From the NCBI GenBank assembly GCA_963579845.1, contig CAUZHS010000005.1:1-48978 (forward strand): a stretch of DNA of 48,978 nt, in the 5' to 3' direction. Below the pieces are notes generated by a model that saw only the letters and a program-made list of their open reading frames with translations, was not told the origin of the DNA and did not search any database. A program made the translations under genes and the position numbers. Of the stretch, positions 1 to 11,689 are shown piece after piece. Source of the DNA: Dehalococcoidia bacterium (GTDB taxonomy: Bacteria; Chloroflexota; Dehalococcoidia; Lucifugimonadales; Australimonadaceae). Position 1 is the first letter of the stretch, and each line of letters opens with the position of its first letter.

Positions 1-720
1 CTACCCCAGATGGTGGGAAGAGGTTTCCTGCAGAGTGGCAACGTCGGTGGGCTGTTGCTTCTCGTTGCTGTCGGGGTGGGCCTGATTTACGTGATCGTCC
101 TCTTCACCGAAGCTCAACGCCGGATCCCAGTGCAGTACGGGCGCAGCGTGTTCAGGGGCAACCGTATGTACCGGCAAGGAGGTGCGACCTTCTTACCGCT
201 GCGGGTCAACTCGGCCGGTATGATTCCGCTCATCTTTGCCTTTAGTATCATGATTCTTCCCGGTACTATTGCCAACTACTTTGCCAACCCGTCCAGTGAT
301 GCTTTCCTGGCCCGGGCTGGTCTGTTTCTGGCCACGACCCTAAGTCCCAGCTCTTTTTACTATTGGATACTGGTGTTTGTGCTGGTGATTGTTTTCGCCT
401 TCTTTTACACAATGGTCAGCTTCCAGCAGCAACAGTTAGCTGAAAACTTGCAACGTAATGGAGGGTTCATTCCAGGCATTCGTCCCGGAGCGCCGACCCA
501 GCAGTATCTGAACCGAGTGATGCTGCGGATAACATGGGGTGGCGCCCTCTTCCTTGGTGCCGTGGCCATTGCGCCGTTCTTTTTCACTCAGCTTACTGGT
601 GTCCAGTCGCTGACCCTGAGTAGCACCAGTCTGTTAATCGTTGTGGCGGTGGCTTTGGATACGATGCGGCAGTTGGAGGCCCAGCTATTGATGCGCAACT
701 ACGAGGGATTCCTCCGATAG
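1..720 (+). CDS. secY: Preprotein translocase SecY (5'-truncated by window edge)
   Basis: RRIPVQY, LPLRVNSAGMIPLIFA and FIPGIRPG motifs; multi-TM; upstream of adk. Confidence 0.98.
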   Translation, partial: LPQMVGRGFLQSGNVGGLLLLVAVGVGLIYVIVLFTEAQRRIPVQYGRSVFRGNRMYRQGGATFLPLRVNSAGMIPLIFAFSIMILPGTIANYFANPSSDAFLARAGLFLATTLSPSSFYYWILVFVLVIVFAFFYTMVSFQQQQLAENLQRNGGFIPGIRPGAPTQQYLNRVMLRITWGGALFLGAVAIAPFFFTQLTGVQSLTLSSTSLLIVVAVALDTMRQLEAQLLMRNYEGFLR

Positions 721-723
721 GGG

Positions 724-1371
724 GTGGCCTTGCGTATCGTTCTGCTCGGCCCGCCAGGAGCGGGGAAGGGGACACAGGCGAAGCGGCTTGCAGCGTCGGG
801 AAAGGTGGCCCACGTCGCATCAGGTGACCTCTTCCGCAAGCACCAGGCGGAGGGAACAGAACTGGGAAATTTGGCGAAGACCTATATGGAAAAAGGCGAG
901 CTGGTCCCTGACCAAGTAACTGTCCAGATGGTGCTGGAGCGCATTAAAGAACGAGACGCGGAGATCGGGTACGTTTTGGACGGCTTTCCGCGGACAATGG
1001 AGCAGGCCGAAGCCCTTGACCGGGCGTTGGCCGAGCAGGGGGAGGCCATTGATTGGGCACCCCTGATCGAGGTGGACAAGACGGAATTGCGAGCGAGGTT
1101 GGGTGGGCGGTGGGTCTGTACTGACTGCCAGACGCCCTACCACGAGCACGCCGCTCCGCCACGTCAGAAGGGCGCGTGTGATGTGTGCGGTGGGACGTTG
1201 GCTCAGCGGCCGGACGACCGGCCTGAAGCGGTCGAGAAGCGGCTGGAAGTGTACGACAGTCAAACGGCGCCGTTGATTTATTACTATGAAAGGCAGGGGA
1301 AGTTGAGGCGTGTGAACGGCGCTCAGCCGGTGGATGTGGTGGCGGGAGTGCTGTTGTTGGCGATTGCCTGA
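724..1371 (+). CDS. adk: Adenylate kinase (Zn-lid type)
   Basis: P-loop GPPGAGKGTQ, LDGFPRT, lid CTDC..CDVC. Confidence 0.98.
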   Translation: MALRIVLLGPPGAGKGTQAKRLAASGKVAHVASGDLFRKHQAEGTELGNLAKTYMEKGELVPDQVTVQMVLERIKERDAEIGYVLDGFPRTMEQAEALDRALAEQGEAIDWAPLIEVDKTELRARLGGRWVCTDCQTPYHEHAAPPRQKGACDVCGGTLAQRPDDRPEAVEKRLEVYDSQTAPLIYYYERQGKLRRVNGAQPVDVVAGVLLLAIA

Positions 1372-1382
1372 GTTAGCCCCTT

Positions 1383-1412
1383 TTGCTGTTCTATAGGATT
1401 ACGAGGTACAAT
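1383..1412 (+). promoter_or_regulatory. Putative sigma70 promoter upstream of map
   Basis: TTGCTG-18 nt-TACAAT in the adk-map gap. Confidence 0.45.
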
Positions 1413-1425
1413 ACACGTTCGCGAT

Positions 1426-2244
1426 ATGGATAAGAAGCAACCAACATACCCTATGAACGAATTAGGCCGCCCTTCGGGCGTGAGTATCAAGTCGCCCAAG
1501 GAATTGGACCTCATGCGGGAGGCGGGCCAAATAGTGGGCCGCACTCTCCAGACGCTGCGGATGTCCGTAGAGCCCGGCATGGAGACGCGTGAATTGGATG
1601 CCATTGCTGAGCGGGACATCGTCAGCATGGGCGGAAAGCCTGCCTTCAAGGGCTATCGTGGCTTTCCTGCCACGTTGTGCGTGTCGGTCAACCACCAGAT
1701 CGTGCATGGCATTCCAGGTGGGTTGGTCGTCCAAGAGGGCGATATGGTCAGCCTTGATCTCGGTGCCATCGTCGGAGGGATGTACGGTGATTCGGCCATT
1801 ACAGTCGTCGTGGGCGAAGTTCCTGAAGAAGAGCAGCGTCTGCTTGAGGTCTGTGAAGCAAGCCTGTGGGCCGGAATTGAGCAAGCGAAGCCTGGTGCCC
1901 GGCTGGGAGATGTCTCCGCAGCAATTCAGGGTGAGGTGGAACGCCGGGGAACGTATGGACTGGTTCGAGAGTATGGTGGCCACGGCATTGGGCGAGCGCT
2001 CCATGAGGAGCCATTCCTGCCCAACTTCGGGCAGCCAAATCGAGGCTTGTTGTTGCGCCCTGGTATGGTGATAGCCATCGAGCCCATGGTGAACATCGGC
2101 GGTGATGAGACCAAGGTGATGGGGGATAAGTGGACTGTTGTCACGGCCGACGGCACGCGTTCTGCCCACTTTGAGCACACCGTGGCTATCACGGAGGACG
2201 GTCCCGAGGTACTTACGGCTGTCGATAGCACGCCGAAAGCGTAA
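1426..2244 (+). CDS. map: Methionine aminopeptidase type I (alternative start 1453)
   Basis: HGIP, GHGIG..LHEEP, IEPM and SAHFEHT motifs. Confidence 0.97.
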   Translation: MDKKQPTYPMNELGRPSGVSIKSPKELDLMREAGQIVGRTLQTLRMSVEPGMETRELDAIAERDIVSMGGKPAFKGYRGFPATLCVSVNHQIVHGIPGGLVVQEGDMVSLDLGAIVGGMYGDSAITVVVGEVPEEEQRLLEVCEASLWAGIEQAKPGARLGDVSAAIQGEVERRGTYGLVREYGGHGIGRALHEEPFLPNFGQPNRGLLLRPGMVIAIEPMVNIGGDETKVMGDKWTVVTADGTRSAHFEHTVAITEDGPEVLTAVDSTPKA

Positions 2245-2270
2245 CAACGAGAGCTGCAAGGAATGCGTTG

Positions 2271-2489
2271 ATGGCGAAAAAAGAGAGTATTGAGGTAGAG
2301 GCAAAGGTTGTTGAAGCGCTTCCTAACGCCAGTTTTAGTGTGGAGCTGGCTGACGGCCACGGGGTGCTGGCCCACGTATCGGGTAAAATGCGTATGAATC
2401 GCATCCGGGTATTGCTGGGCGACCGGGTCTTGGTTGAGCTTTCACCCTATGATCTCTCACGAGGCCGCATCACCTACCGGTTTAGGTAA
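2271..2489 (+). CDS. infA: Translation initiation factor IF-1
   Basis: [21 protein letters not shown]. Confidence 0.98.
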   Translation: MAKKESIEVEAKVVEALPNASFSVELADGHGVLAHVSGKMRMNRIRVLLGDRVLVELSPYDLSRGRITYRFR

Positions 2490-2524
2490 GCAATGCGGAT
2501 GGAAAATAGACAGAGGAGTCGCTC

Positions 2525-2638
2525 ATGAGGGTACGTGCTTCGGTAAAACCGCGGTGCGATAAGTGTCAGATTGTTGTCCGTGCCCGTGTGGTGCGTATCA
2601 TGTGCAGTAATCCGCGGCACCGTCAGCGGCAGGGATAA
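2525..2638 (+). CDS. rpmJ: 50S ribosomal protein L36 (Zn-ribbon type; not in ORF track)
   Basis: Manual translation [37 protein letters not shown]; GAGGAG RBS; between infA and rpsM. Confidence 0.97.
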   Translation: MRVRASVKPRCDKCQIVVRARVVRIMCSNPRHRQRQG

Positions 2639-2648
2639 GGAGTAGGTT

Positions 2649-3032
2649 ATGGCGCGAGTGGCAGGGGTGGATATCCCCGACCAGAAGCGGGTGGAGATTG
2701 CACTGACCCGTGTTTACGGCATAGGCCGGACTAGGGCTCGCCAACTTACGGAGCGTGCAGGGTTGGAGGGTAATCCTCGGGTTCAAGACTTGAATGAGGG
2801 TCAGTTGAATCTATTGCGAACGCTCATCGATGGCGACTACATGGTGGAGGGAGACCTCCGCAGGGAAGTGAACGACAACATTCGCCGGCTGATTGATATT
2901 GGCACCTACCGAGGTCTCCGGCACCGGCGTGGCCTGCCTCTTCGAGGCCAGCGGACCCGGACCAATGCTCGGACTCGCCGGGGCAGTCGGCGGGCAGTGG
3001 TCGGCAAGCGACGGGTTGCGTCAAAGAAGTAA
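2649..3032 (+). CDS. rpsM: 30S ribosomal protein S13
   Basis: [22 protein letters not shown]. Confidence 0.98.
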   Translation: MARVAGVDIPDQKRVEIALTRVYGIGRTRARQLTERAGLEGNPRVQDLNEGQLNLLRTLIDGDYMVEGDLRREVNDNIRRLIDIGTYRGLRHRRGLPLRGQRTRTNARTRRGSRRAVVGKRRVASKK

Positions 3033-3075
3033 GGAAGCATCCAGCCGCCGCAGAAGTGGCTGAGTCGGGAGGGGT

Positions 3076-3465
3076 ATGGCACGGTCCAGGACACGAAGCA
3101 GAAGACGCGAGCGCAAGTTCGTCCCTAGGGGGAAGGCGTATATCACCTCCACTTTTAACAATACCATTGTGAGTCTTACCGACATGGAAGGGAACGTCGT
3201 TTCCTGGAGCAGTGGTGGTGGTGTGGGGTTCAAGGGATCGCGGAAAAGCACCGCCTTTGCTGCCCAACGGGTATCTGAGACGGCGGTCCGTAAAGCCTTG
3301 GAGCATGGCCTTCGTCACGTGGATGTCTTGGTGAAAGGACCTGGTACCGGACGCGAAGCGGCGATTCGGGCACTGCAGGCGAACGGGTTAACGGTGACCA
3401 GTATCAGGGACGTGACGCCTATTCCGCACAATGGCTGCCGCCCTCCGAAGCGGCGAAGGGTTTAA
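3076..3465 (+). CDS. rpsK: 30S ribosomal protein S11
   Basis: [26 protein letters not shown]. Confidence 0.98.
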   Translation: MARSRTRSRRRERKFVPRGKAYITSTFNNTIVSLTDMEGNVVSWSSGGGVGFKGSRKSTAFAAQRVSETAVRKALEHGLRHVDVLVKGPGTGREAAIRALQANGLTVTSIRDVTPIPHNGCRPPKRRRV

Positions 3466-3472
3466 GAACGAT

Positions 3473-4102
3473 ATGGCACGATATACAGGACCGGTTTGCA
3501 GGCAGTGCCGAAGGGCTGGAGTAAAGCTCTTCCTGAAGGGGGAGCGCTGCTACATGCCCAAGTGCGCTGTGGAGCGTCGCCGAGGGGTGACGCCGGGAGC
3601 GCAGGTGCCGCGCCGCCGCCGCCTCTCTGACTGGGGCATCCAGTTGAGAGAGAAGCAGAAGGCACGGCAGACCTATGGAGTGCTGGAGCGGCAGTTTGCC
3701 AATTATTTTCGTTTGGCGCGCCGGCGTCCCGGGCAAACGGGCTTCAACTTGATGGGACTGCTGGAACGGCGTTTGGATAACGTGGTCTACCGGTTGGGAT
3801 TTGCCGATGCCCGTCAGCAGGCGCGTCAGTGGGTGCTCCATGGTCACTTCACTATCAATGGCCGAAAGATGGATATTCCTTCGTACCGGGTGAAGGTGGG
3901 TGACGTGCTGAGTTGGAAGGAACAAACGAAGAAAGCCGCCTTTTACCTGGAAGCAGTGCGATCCGTTGGTCAACGACCCCTTCCCGACTGGCTGGAGCTG
4001 GATAAATCAGCCATGACTGCCAACGTTGGTCGGCTTCCGGAAGAGGCCGATATTACGCCGGTGGTTGATACTCGTCTCATTGTTGAGCACTATTCGCGGT
4101 AG
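3473..4102 (+). CDS. rpsD: 30S ribosomal protein S4
   Basis: MARYTGPVCRQCRR start at 3473; LERRLDNVVYRLG. Confidence 0.98.
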   Translation: MARYTGPVCRQCRRAGVKLFLKGERCYMPKCAVERRRGVTPGAQVPRRRRLSDWGIQLREKQKARQTYGVLERQFANYFRLARRRPGQTGFNLMGLLERRLDNVVYRLGFADARQQARQWVLHGHFTINGRKMDIPSYRVKVGDVLSWKEQTKKAAFYLEAVRSVGQRPLPDWLELDKSAMTANVGRLPEEADITPVVDTRLIVEHYSR

Positions 4103-4194
4103 GAGTCTTCCGAGGGACTGGCCCCCATTAATGTGTGGCTAGTCGAATCGAAAGGGAGGACTGCCCGTCCGCGTACACAAAGGAAGAGGACCCT

Positions 4195-5262
4195 ATGTTT
4201 GAATACAGCTACGAGGAACCCCGCGAAATAGCCCTGGAGGCGGTGCCCATTCCCGTGGCGACGGTGAAGGTGGGGGAGTTGGATGATGTCCACGGGACAT
4301 TCTCTATCGAACCATTGGAAGGTGGCTACGGAACCACCCTGGGTAACCCGTTGCGCCGCGCCTTGTTGAGTTCCATCCTCGGCACCGCGGTGACGTGGGT
4401 GCGAATCGAGGGCGTCCAACATGAGTATTCCACTATTCCCCACGTGAAAGAGGACGTGGTGGATATTCTGCTGAATGTGAAGTCAATCCACCTGCGCTCT
4501 CTCACCAATCGTCCGGGAAAGCTTCGCTTGGAGGTCAAGGGCGAGGGCCAGGTGTGTGCGGGGGATATTATGACATCCTCCGATTTCGAGATTGTGAATC
4601 CGGAACTTTCCATCGCCACGCTGGACGGGCCGGACGCGTCCTTGATTATGGAGTTGAATGTGGAGCAGGGCAAGGGTTACGAACCCGGCTCTGCGCTAAC
4701 GGGGCTTCCCATTGGGGTGTTGCCGGTGGACGCCATCTTCACCCCGGTACGCAAGGTGAACTACACCGTGGAGCAAACGCGGGTAGGGCAGCGGACGGAC
4801 TTCGAGCGCCTGGTTCTGGATGTGTGGACCAACGGTACCATCAACCCTGCGGATGCGGTTCGTGAAGCGGGTAAAGAACTGGTTGAGCACTTCTTTCGTT
4901 TCTCCAACTTCAACGAGGTTGACTCGCCGGAGAGCGATTTGCCTGATTGGATTGCTGCCATTTCCCCGTCGATACATAACATAACGGTAGAGTCTCTGGG
5001 CTTGACCGCCCGTACGCTCAATTGCTTGAAACGGGCCTCTATCCACAAGGTGGGAGAGCTGCTGCCGAAGAGCCGGGTCGAACTCCTCCGAATTCGTAAC
5101 TTTGGGGGGAAATCCCTTGTTGAGTTGAATCAGAAGTTGGTTGAGATGGGGATTCACCATCCCGAGCTTCAGGATATGCCTTCCGCTGTGGAAGCAGGGG
5201 CCCCAGATTCGGAAGGGCCTACTGGCGCCGGGGCTGAGAGCGCCGAAGAGGGGCAGGAGTAA
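4195..5262 (+). CDS. rpoA: RNA polymerase alpha subunit
   Basis: EPLEGGYGTTLGNPLRRALLSS, alpha-CTD RNFGGKS; ATG 4195 after GAGGA RBS. Confidence 0.97.
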   Translation: MFEYSYEEPREIALEAVPIPVATVKVGELDDVHGTFSIEPLEGGYGTTLGNPLRRALLSSILGTAVTWVRIEGVQHEYSTIPHVKEDVVDILLNVKSIHLRSLTNRPGKLRLEVKGEGQVCAGDIMTSSDFEIVNPELSIATLDGPDASLIMELNVEQGKGYEPGSALTGLPIGVLPVDAIFTPVRKVNYTVEQTRVGQRTDFERLVLDVWTNGTINPADAVREAGKELVEHFFRFSNFNEVDSPESDLPDWIAAISPSIHNITVESLGLTARTLNCLKRASIHKVGELLPKSRVELLRIRNFGGKSLVELNQKLVEMGIHHPELQDMPSAVEAGAPDSEGPTGAGAESAEEGQE

Positions 5263-5268
5263 AAGGTA

Positions 5269-5622
5269 ATGCGTCATCGTGTGATAGGCCGTACCCTTGG
5301 ACGCCGGGCAGAGCACCGCCTGGCGATGCTGCATAATTTGGTAACGGAGCTGTTCAGTCGCGAGCGTATAACAACCACGGAGGCCAAAGCTCGTGAGGCC
5401 CGCCGGATGGCCGAGCAGATTATCACTAAGGGTAAGGCGGGGACGCTTCACGCGCGCCGTCAGGTCCTGCGGGTGGTGAAGGATGGCGCTGTGGTCTCCA
5501 AGCTGTTCGATGACTTGGCCCCCCGTTACGCCGAGCGGTCGGGTGGCTATACACGTATCATCCGGCTTCTGCCACGTAACGGAGACGCGGCGCCTATGGC
5601 CTTGCTGGAGCTGGTGGAGTAG
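5269..5622 (+). CDS. rplQ: 50S ribosomal protein L17
   Basis: MRHR start, ITTTEAKA, GGYTRI. Confidence 0.98.
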   Translation: MRHRVIGRTLGRRAEHRLAMLHNLVTELFSRERITTTEAKAREARRMAEQIITKGKAGTLHARRQVLRVVKDGAVVSKLFDDLAPRYAERSGGYTRIIRLLPRNGDAAPMALLELVE

Positions 5623-6467
5623 TGGGAGCTTCTACGTTCAAGGTATCGCGAAAGATTGCCCTGGTGCTGGAGTACGATGGCACGGCCTATGCTGGCATGC
5701 AATTCCAGAAGAATGCGCCCACCGTTCAAGCGGTGGTGGAAGAGGCAGTCCTAGCGCTTACCGGTGCCGCCGTTCGGGTAAAGGCGGCAGGGCGGACCGA
5801 TGCGGGCGTCCATGCCAAGGGCCAGGTAACGGTGTTCGAAACGACCTCTGAGTTGCCCGATGAGCGGTTCCATAGCGGGCTGAACCACTATCTGCCCAAC
5901 GACGTTGCAGTAAAGGCGGCCTATTCGGTAGGCAAGGATTTTGACCCACGACGGGACGCCACGGCGAGGGTGTACCGCTACACACTGCTGAATCGGAAGG
6001 GCCGTTCTCCGCTGCGTCGGGCCTTTGCCTATCACGTGCCCTTGCCCTTGGACATTGCGGCCATGCATCAAGCGTTGGCGTCTGTCGAGGGGGAGCGGGA
6101 CTTCGCTTGTTTTTCGGGATACGTCGAGGCAAGCAAGTCCACGGTTCGTCGTCTGATGAGGACAGAGGTTTGGCGAGAGGGCGACGAGGTGCATTTGGAG
6201 CTAGAAGGCAATTCCTTCTTGCCGCAGCAGGTGCGGCGAATGGCGGCGGCGGTCTTGGAGGTGGGGTTGGGGAAGATGACCATTGCTGGTTTTCAGGTCA
6301 TGACCGAGAGTTCAATTCGTGGGATAGCTGCGCTGGTGTTGCCTGCTCACGGGCTATGCCTGCGTGAAGTCCACTATAAGGAGTTCCCTGTAGGAAACCA
6401 TGAAGGGCAGTCGAATCACCAAACACAGATCACCGGAGAAGTCGAACCCACGTTGGCAGGTCGTTGA
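5622..6467 (+). CDS. truA: tRNA pseudouridine(38-40) synthase TruA
   Basis: YDGT, AGRTDAGVHA catalytic motif; follows rplQ. Confidence 0.96.
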   Translation: MGASTFKVSRKIALVLEYDGTAYAGMQFQKNAPTVQAVVEEAVLALTGAAVRVKAAGRTDAGVHAKGQVTVFETTSELPDERFHSGLNHYLPNDVAVKAAYSVGKDFDPRRDATARVYRYTLLNRKGRSPLRRAFAYHVPLPLDIAAMHQALASVEGERDFACFSGYVEASKSTVRRLMRTEVWREGDEVHLELEGNSFLPQQVRRMAAAVLEVGLGKMTIAGFQVMTESSIRGIAALVLPAHGLCLREVHYKEFPVGNHEGQSNHQTQITGEVEPTLAGR

Positions 6468-7119
6468 CGCGAGCGGCCAGCGACTGGGCAGGCTTGCCAC
6501 ATCCGTGGCGACTCTGCTTATGGGGAAGCATAAACCGGATTACAGCCGCCACCTACTCATGGGTGACTACGTAATTGTGGTCAACGCAGGGAAGGTGGAG
6601 GTCACCGGGAATCCCTCGGCACTGAAGACCTACTACCGGCACACCGGTTACGTAGGCCACCTTCGGAGCAAACCGCAAGCTGAGCTTCTCGTGGAGCGCC
6701 CTGACCGCGTTATCGAGAAGGCGGTCAAGGGCATGTTGCCGGGCACTCGCTTGGGCCGCCAGATGTTTCGTCGGCTCAAGGTCTACCGTGGAGATTCCCA
6801 TCCCCACGAGGCCCAAGTCAACGAGGGAACGGGAGCTCGGGTCGCAGCCCGGTCGGCCTCGCAGACCGCTGCGGCTTCCCCAACGAAGCGGCGACCAACC
6901 TACGGCCATCGAGAAGAAGCCATAGCAGCCCACGCCACAGCTGAGGCGCTGGTGGAGCAGGCCCAAATCGCTGCCGACCCGGTAGCCGAAGAGGTCCCAG
7001 CCGTTGCTCAAAAAGCTGCGTCGGTGGCTAAGAGACGTACACCCAAGCAGAAGACTGCGTCGGCAACAACTGATGTACCGAAGAAACCCCGAGCACCAAG
7101 GAAGAAGGCGGAGAGTTAA
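6400..7119 (+). CDS. rplM: 50S ribosomal protein L13 with about 95-aa Ala/Lys/Pro-rich C-terminal extension
   Basis: WQVVDA, LGRLA, GKHKP, AVKGMLP, HPHEAQ; upstream of rpsI. Confidence 0.96.
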   Translation: MKGSRITKHRSPEKSNPRWQVVDASGQRLGRLATSVATLLMGKHKPDYSRHLLMGDYVIVVNAGKVEVTGNPSALKTYYRHTGYVGHLRSKPQAELLVERPDRVIEKAVKGMLPGTRLGRQMFRRLKVYRGDSHPHEAQVNEGTGARVAARSASQTAAASPTKRRPTYGHREEAIAAHATAEALVEQAQIAADPVAEEVPAVAQKAASVAKRRTPKQKTASATTDVPKKPRAPRKKAES

Positions 7120-7524
7120 ATGACGACAAGCTCCCAGTACTACTACGGGACCGGAAAACGGAAGTCCGCGGTGGCTCGGGTTCGCCTGTATCCTGGGGGA
7201 ACCGGTAGCATGGTGGTGAACGGGAAGCCAATGGAGGAGGTCCTGACCTGGCTTGACTGGCAGAGCCGTGCCAATCAGGTGTTCACCTCCATTCCGTCGG
7301 TGGCCGGTCGCTACAACGTCGTGGTGAAGGTGGAGGGCGGCGGTATATCCGCTTGGGCGGATGCGATCCGTCACGGGATAGCCCGAGCATTGGTGGTGGC
7401 AGACCCTGAGCTCAAGCCGGAGTTGCGCAAGCATGGCTTCATGACCCGCGACTCACGGATTAAAGAGAGCAAGAAGTACGGGCTCAAGCGGGCTCGCCGC
7501 GCCCCTCAATACACCAAACGCTAA
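7120..7524 (+). CDS. rpsI: 30S ribosomal protein S9
   Basis: GTGKRKSAVARV, KKYGLKRARRAPQYTKR. Confidence 0.98.
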   Translation: MTTSSQYYYGTGKRKSAVARVRLYPGGTGSMVVNGKPMEEVLTWLDWQSRANQVFTSIPSVAGRYNVVVKVEGGGISAWADAIRHGIARALVVADPELKPELRKHGFMTRDSRIKESKKYGLKRARRAPQYTKR

Positions 7525-7535
7525 CGGGTTAGTTT

Positions 7536-8972
7536 TTAGATGTTCGCCAGCGTGCGGAGATCGGCGAGCAGCTGCTGGACAGTCTCTTCGCTTCCAGCCT
7601 CGGCATAAAGACGGACTAGTGGTTCGGTGCCCGACGTCCTCACCAGCCCCCAGAAGCCGCTTTCTAGCAGAAAGTGGACGCCGTCTTCTGTTGAGGTATC
7701 AAGGACGCGCAACCCGCCCAACTCCTTCGGGACCCTGGCCAGAATAGCCTCTCGCGAAGGTGGTTGTGAGCCCGATTCCAAGGCTACATCCCAGCGGTCG
7801 TAATGGTGAGGGCCGACGATGTCATAGAGCCAGCGTACCAGTTCAGATGGCCGCTTGCCCGTCCGAACCATCAACTCTAGGAAAAGTAGTCCGCTAAAGA
7901 TACCGTCGCGCTCCGGAATATTTCCCCGGAAGGCGTATCCGCCGCTCTCTTCACCCGCAGCCAGCGCGTCTTGCTCCATCATCACTGGGCCCAGGTACTT
8001 GAACCCCACCAAGGTGGTGGTCACCGGCTGGCCGTGGAGTGCGCCCAGCTTATCGATCATGGCGCTCTGGGTCAGCGACCTGATCAAGGGGCCCTGCTGG
8101 CCGCGAATGTCCAGCAGGTGAAGGCAGAGGAGTGCAAAGGTCTGCAGCGTTGTAATGAACTCGCCGTGCTCGTCGAGGATGCCCAGGCGGTCGGCGTCGC
8201 CGTCGGTGGCGAGGGCCACATCGAAGCCCTGTTGGCGTACCGCATTGGCCGTCTCCTCCAGGTTGTGGGCGATGGGCTCTGGTTGGGCCATACCGGGGAA
8301 GCTGGGGTTGACCGATGCCCTGAACTCCGTTACCTCGCTCTTTCCATCGGCTAGGAGTTGGGCAAGGTAGCCCGCTCCGGCCCCGTGCATGCTATCTACG
8401 GCGATGCGCAGACCCGCCTGACGGATGGCCTCAAGGTCGATGGACTTGCCCACGTTCTCCAGATAGGGACTTGTGGGGTCGAACTCCACCAGGAGACCCT
8501 GTTCCCTGGCGGTGCTTAAGTGCATGGTCTGCTCGGTGCCGTTATGCTGGGCGCTGGCAATATGCTTTTCCAGCCGCGCGACAATCTCCGGCGTAGCGCT
8601 GCCCGCGTAATCGGGCTTGTACTTGAAGCCGTTCCACGCGCCGGGATTATGACTGGCGGTGATGACAATGCCGCCTCCGGCATGATGGTGAAGGACGCTA
8701 TAGCTCACCACCGGAGTGGGTGTGGGGCGATCACAGAGGTAGGTGGTAACGCCCAGGACAGTACTCACACGCGCCACTTCGTCGGCGAAGTCCTTGGAAC
8801 CGAACCGCGTGTCGTAGCCGACCACCAGTCCGCGGGACGCCAGCCCCTCTTCGCGCAGCAGGCGTACAACGCCCTCGGCGCAGGCGCGGACATTGGCGAA
8901 TGTGAAGTCCTTCGCGATGAGCGCTCGCCATCCGTCGGTGCCAAACTTAATTTCGGTGATATTCGTGGCCAC
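7536..8972 (-). CDS. Phosphoglucomutase/phosphomannomutase-family protein
   Basis: FGTDGWR, TASHNP phosphoserine loop, DGDADR, GEESGG, RTSGTEP. Confidence 0.93.
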   Translation of the reverse strand: MATNITEIKFGTDGWRALIAKDFTFANVRACAEGVVRLLREEGLASRGLVVGYDTRFGSKDFADEVARVSTVLGVTTYLCDRPTPTPVVSYSVLHHHAGGGIVITASHNPGAWNGFKYKPDYAGSATPEIVARLEKHIASAQHNGTEQTMHLSTAREQGLLVEFDPTSPYLENVGKSIDLEAIRQAGLRIAVDSMHGAGAGYLAQLLADGKSEVTEFRASVNPSFPGMAQPEPIAHNLEETANAVRQQGFDVALATDGDADRLGILDEHGEFITTLQTFALLCLHLLDIRGQQGPLIRSLTQSAMIDKLGALHGQPVTTTLVGFKYLGPVMMEQDALAAGEESGGYAFRGNIPERDGIFSGLLFLELMVRTGKRPSELVRWLYDIVGPHHYDRWDVALESGSQPPSREAILARVPKELGGLRVLDTSTEDGVHFLLESGFWGLVRTSGTEPLVRLYAEAGSEETVQQLLADLRTLANI

Positions 8973-9031
8973 GATGTAAAAGAGTATACCAGGGCGTGCC
9001 CTGGACCCATATTAAGGGGGGACTCTTTGGC

Positions 9032-10261
9032 TTAGCCGGTCACTGTACGCTCTGCATCGACCCGCAGCGCTTCGGCCTTGTCCGTCCGTTCCCACGGCAG
9101 GTCCAAGTCGTCACGACCAAAGTGCCCGTAGGCGGCGGTATTCGCGTAGATGGGCTGGCGAAGGCCAAGGTCACGGATGATAGCTCCAGGCCGCAGGTCA
9201 AAGTGGTCATTGATGACCTTGTTGATGGTCTCATCGGAGCAATGGCCGGTACCGAAGGTCTCCACCGAGACGGAGATGGGAGCCGCTACCCCGATGGCAT
9301 AGGACACTTGAACTTCGCAGCGGTCTGCAAGGCCGGCGGCGACCACGTTCTTCGCCACGTAGCGGGCAGCGTAGGCTGCTGAGCGGTCAACCTTCGTTGG
9401 ATCCTTGCCAGAGAAGGCGCCACCACCGTGACGCGCAACTCCTCCGTAGGTGTCGACAAGTATCTTACGTCCTGTAAGTCCAGCGTCGCCGTGGGGACCT
9501 CCCACCACGAATTTCCCGGAGGGATTCACTAGAATCTTGGTTTCATCGTCAATGAGCCCTTCCGGCACAATGGGGTTGATGACCCGCTCTCGGATGTCCT
9601 TGCTGATGACCTCCAAGGGAATCCCTTCCTGGTGCTGAGTGCTCACGATAATGGTGTGGATACGTTTGGGCACGCCATAAGCGTATTCCACCGTTACCTG
9701 GGACTTGCCGTCCGGGCGAAGATAGGAGATTTCTCCCTCTTTACGTGCGATGGACAGGCGTTGGGTGAGCCGGTGCGAAAGGACGATAGTGAGAGGCATC
9801 AGTTCTGGAGTCTCGTTGCAGGCAAAACCCACCATCATCCCTTGGTCACCGGCGCCCAGCGTCTCAACCTCGCCGCTAGTGCCGCTGTCGGCGTTCCGGT
9901 GTTCCAGGGCGGTGGTTACCGCTTGGGAGATGTCGGGTGACTGCTCGTGGAGCTCGACCAGCACCCGGCATGTCTTGTAGTCGATGCCGGTATCCGGGTC
10001 GTTATACCCTATTTCTTTGAGGGTTTTTCTGACGATGGCTTCATAGTCCACCGTTGCAGTGGTTGTTATCTCTCCCAGGACCATGACCAGGTTGGTGGTC
10101 GTGGCCGTCTCACAGGCAACCCGGGCAGCGGGGTCCTGGGCGTAGATGGCGTCGAGAATCGCGTCGGAGACTTGGTCGCAGAGCTTGTCCGGGTGCCCCT
10201 CGGTTACTGACTCCGAGGAGTAGAGGTAAGACGGTGCGTTGCGAAAGCTGGAGTCAGCCAT
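9032..10261 (-). CDS. metK: S-adenosylmethionine synthetase
   Basis: [33 protein letters not shown]. Confidence 0.98.
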   Translation of the reverse strand: MADSSFRNAPSYLYSSESVTEGHPDKLCDQVSDAILDAIYAQDPAARVACETATTTNLVMVLGEITTTATVDYEAIVRKTLKEIGYNDPDTGIDYKTCRVLVELHEQSPDISQAVTTALEHRNADSGTSGEVETLGAGDQGMMVGFACNETPELMPLTIVLSHRLTQRLSIARKEGEISYLRPDGKSQVTVEYAYGVPKRIHTIIVSTQHQEGIPLEVISKDIRERVINPIVPEGLIDDETKILVNPSGKFVVGGPHGDAGLTGRKILVDTYGGVARHGGGAFSGKDPTKVDRSAAYAARYVAKNVVAAGLADRCEVQVSYAIGVAAPISVSVETFGTGHCSDETINKVINDHFDLRPGAIIRDLGLRQPIYANTAAYGHFGRDDLDLPWERTDKAEALRVDAERTVTG

Positions 10262-10304
10262 TTCCTTTAATCCTCCTAGGGGGTGTGCAGCTTGGATGCG
10301 TGTG

Positions 10305-11600
<1,296 letters not shown>

Positions 11601-11689
11601 TCACGGCGTAAGAACTATGGATGCACACTCGAAGTATGGACGAAGAAGTCATTGACGAGCGCGGCCTGCTTCCTCGATCGGTGGGATGA

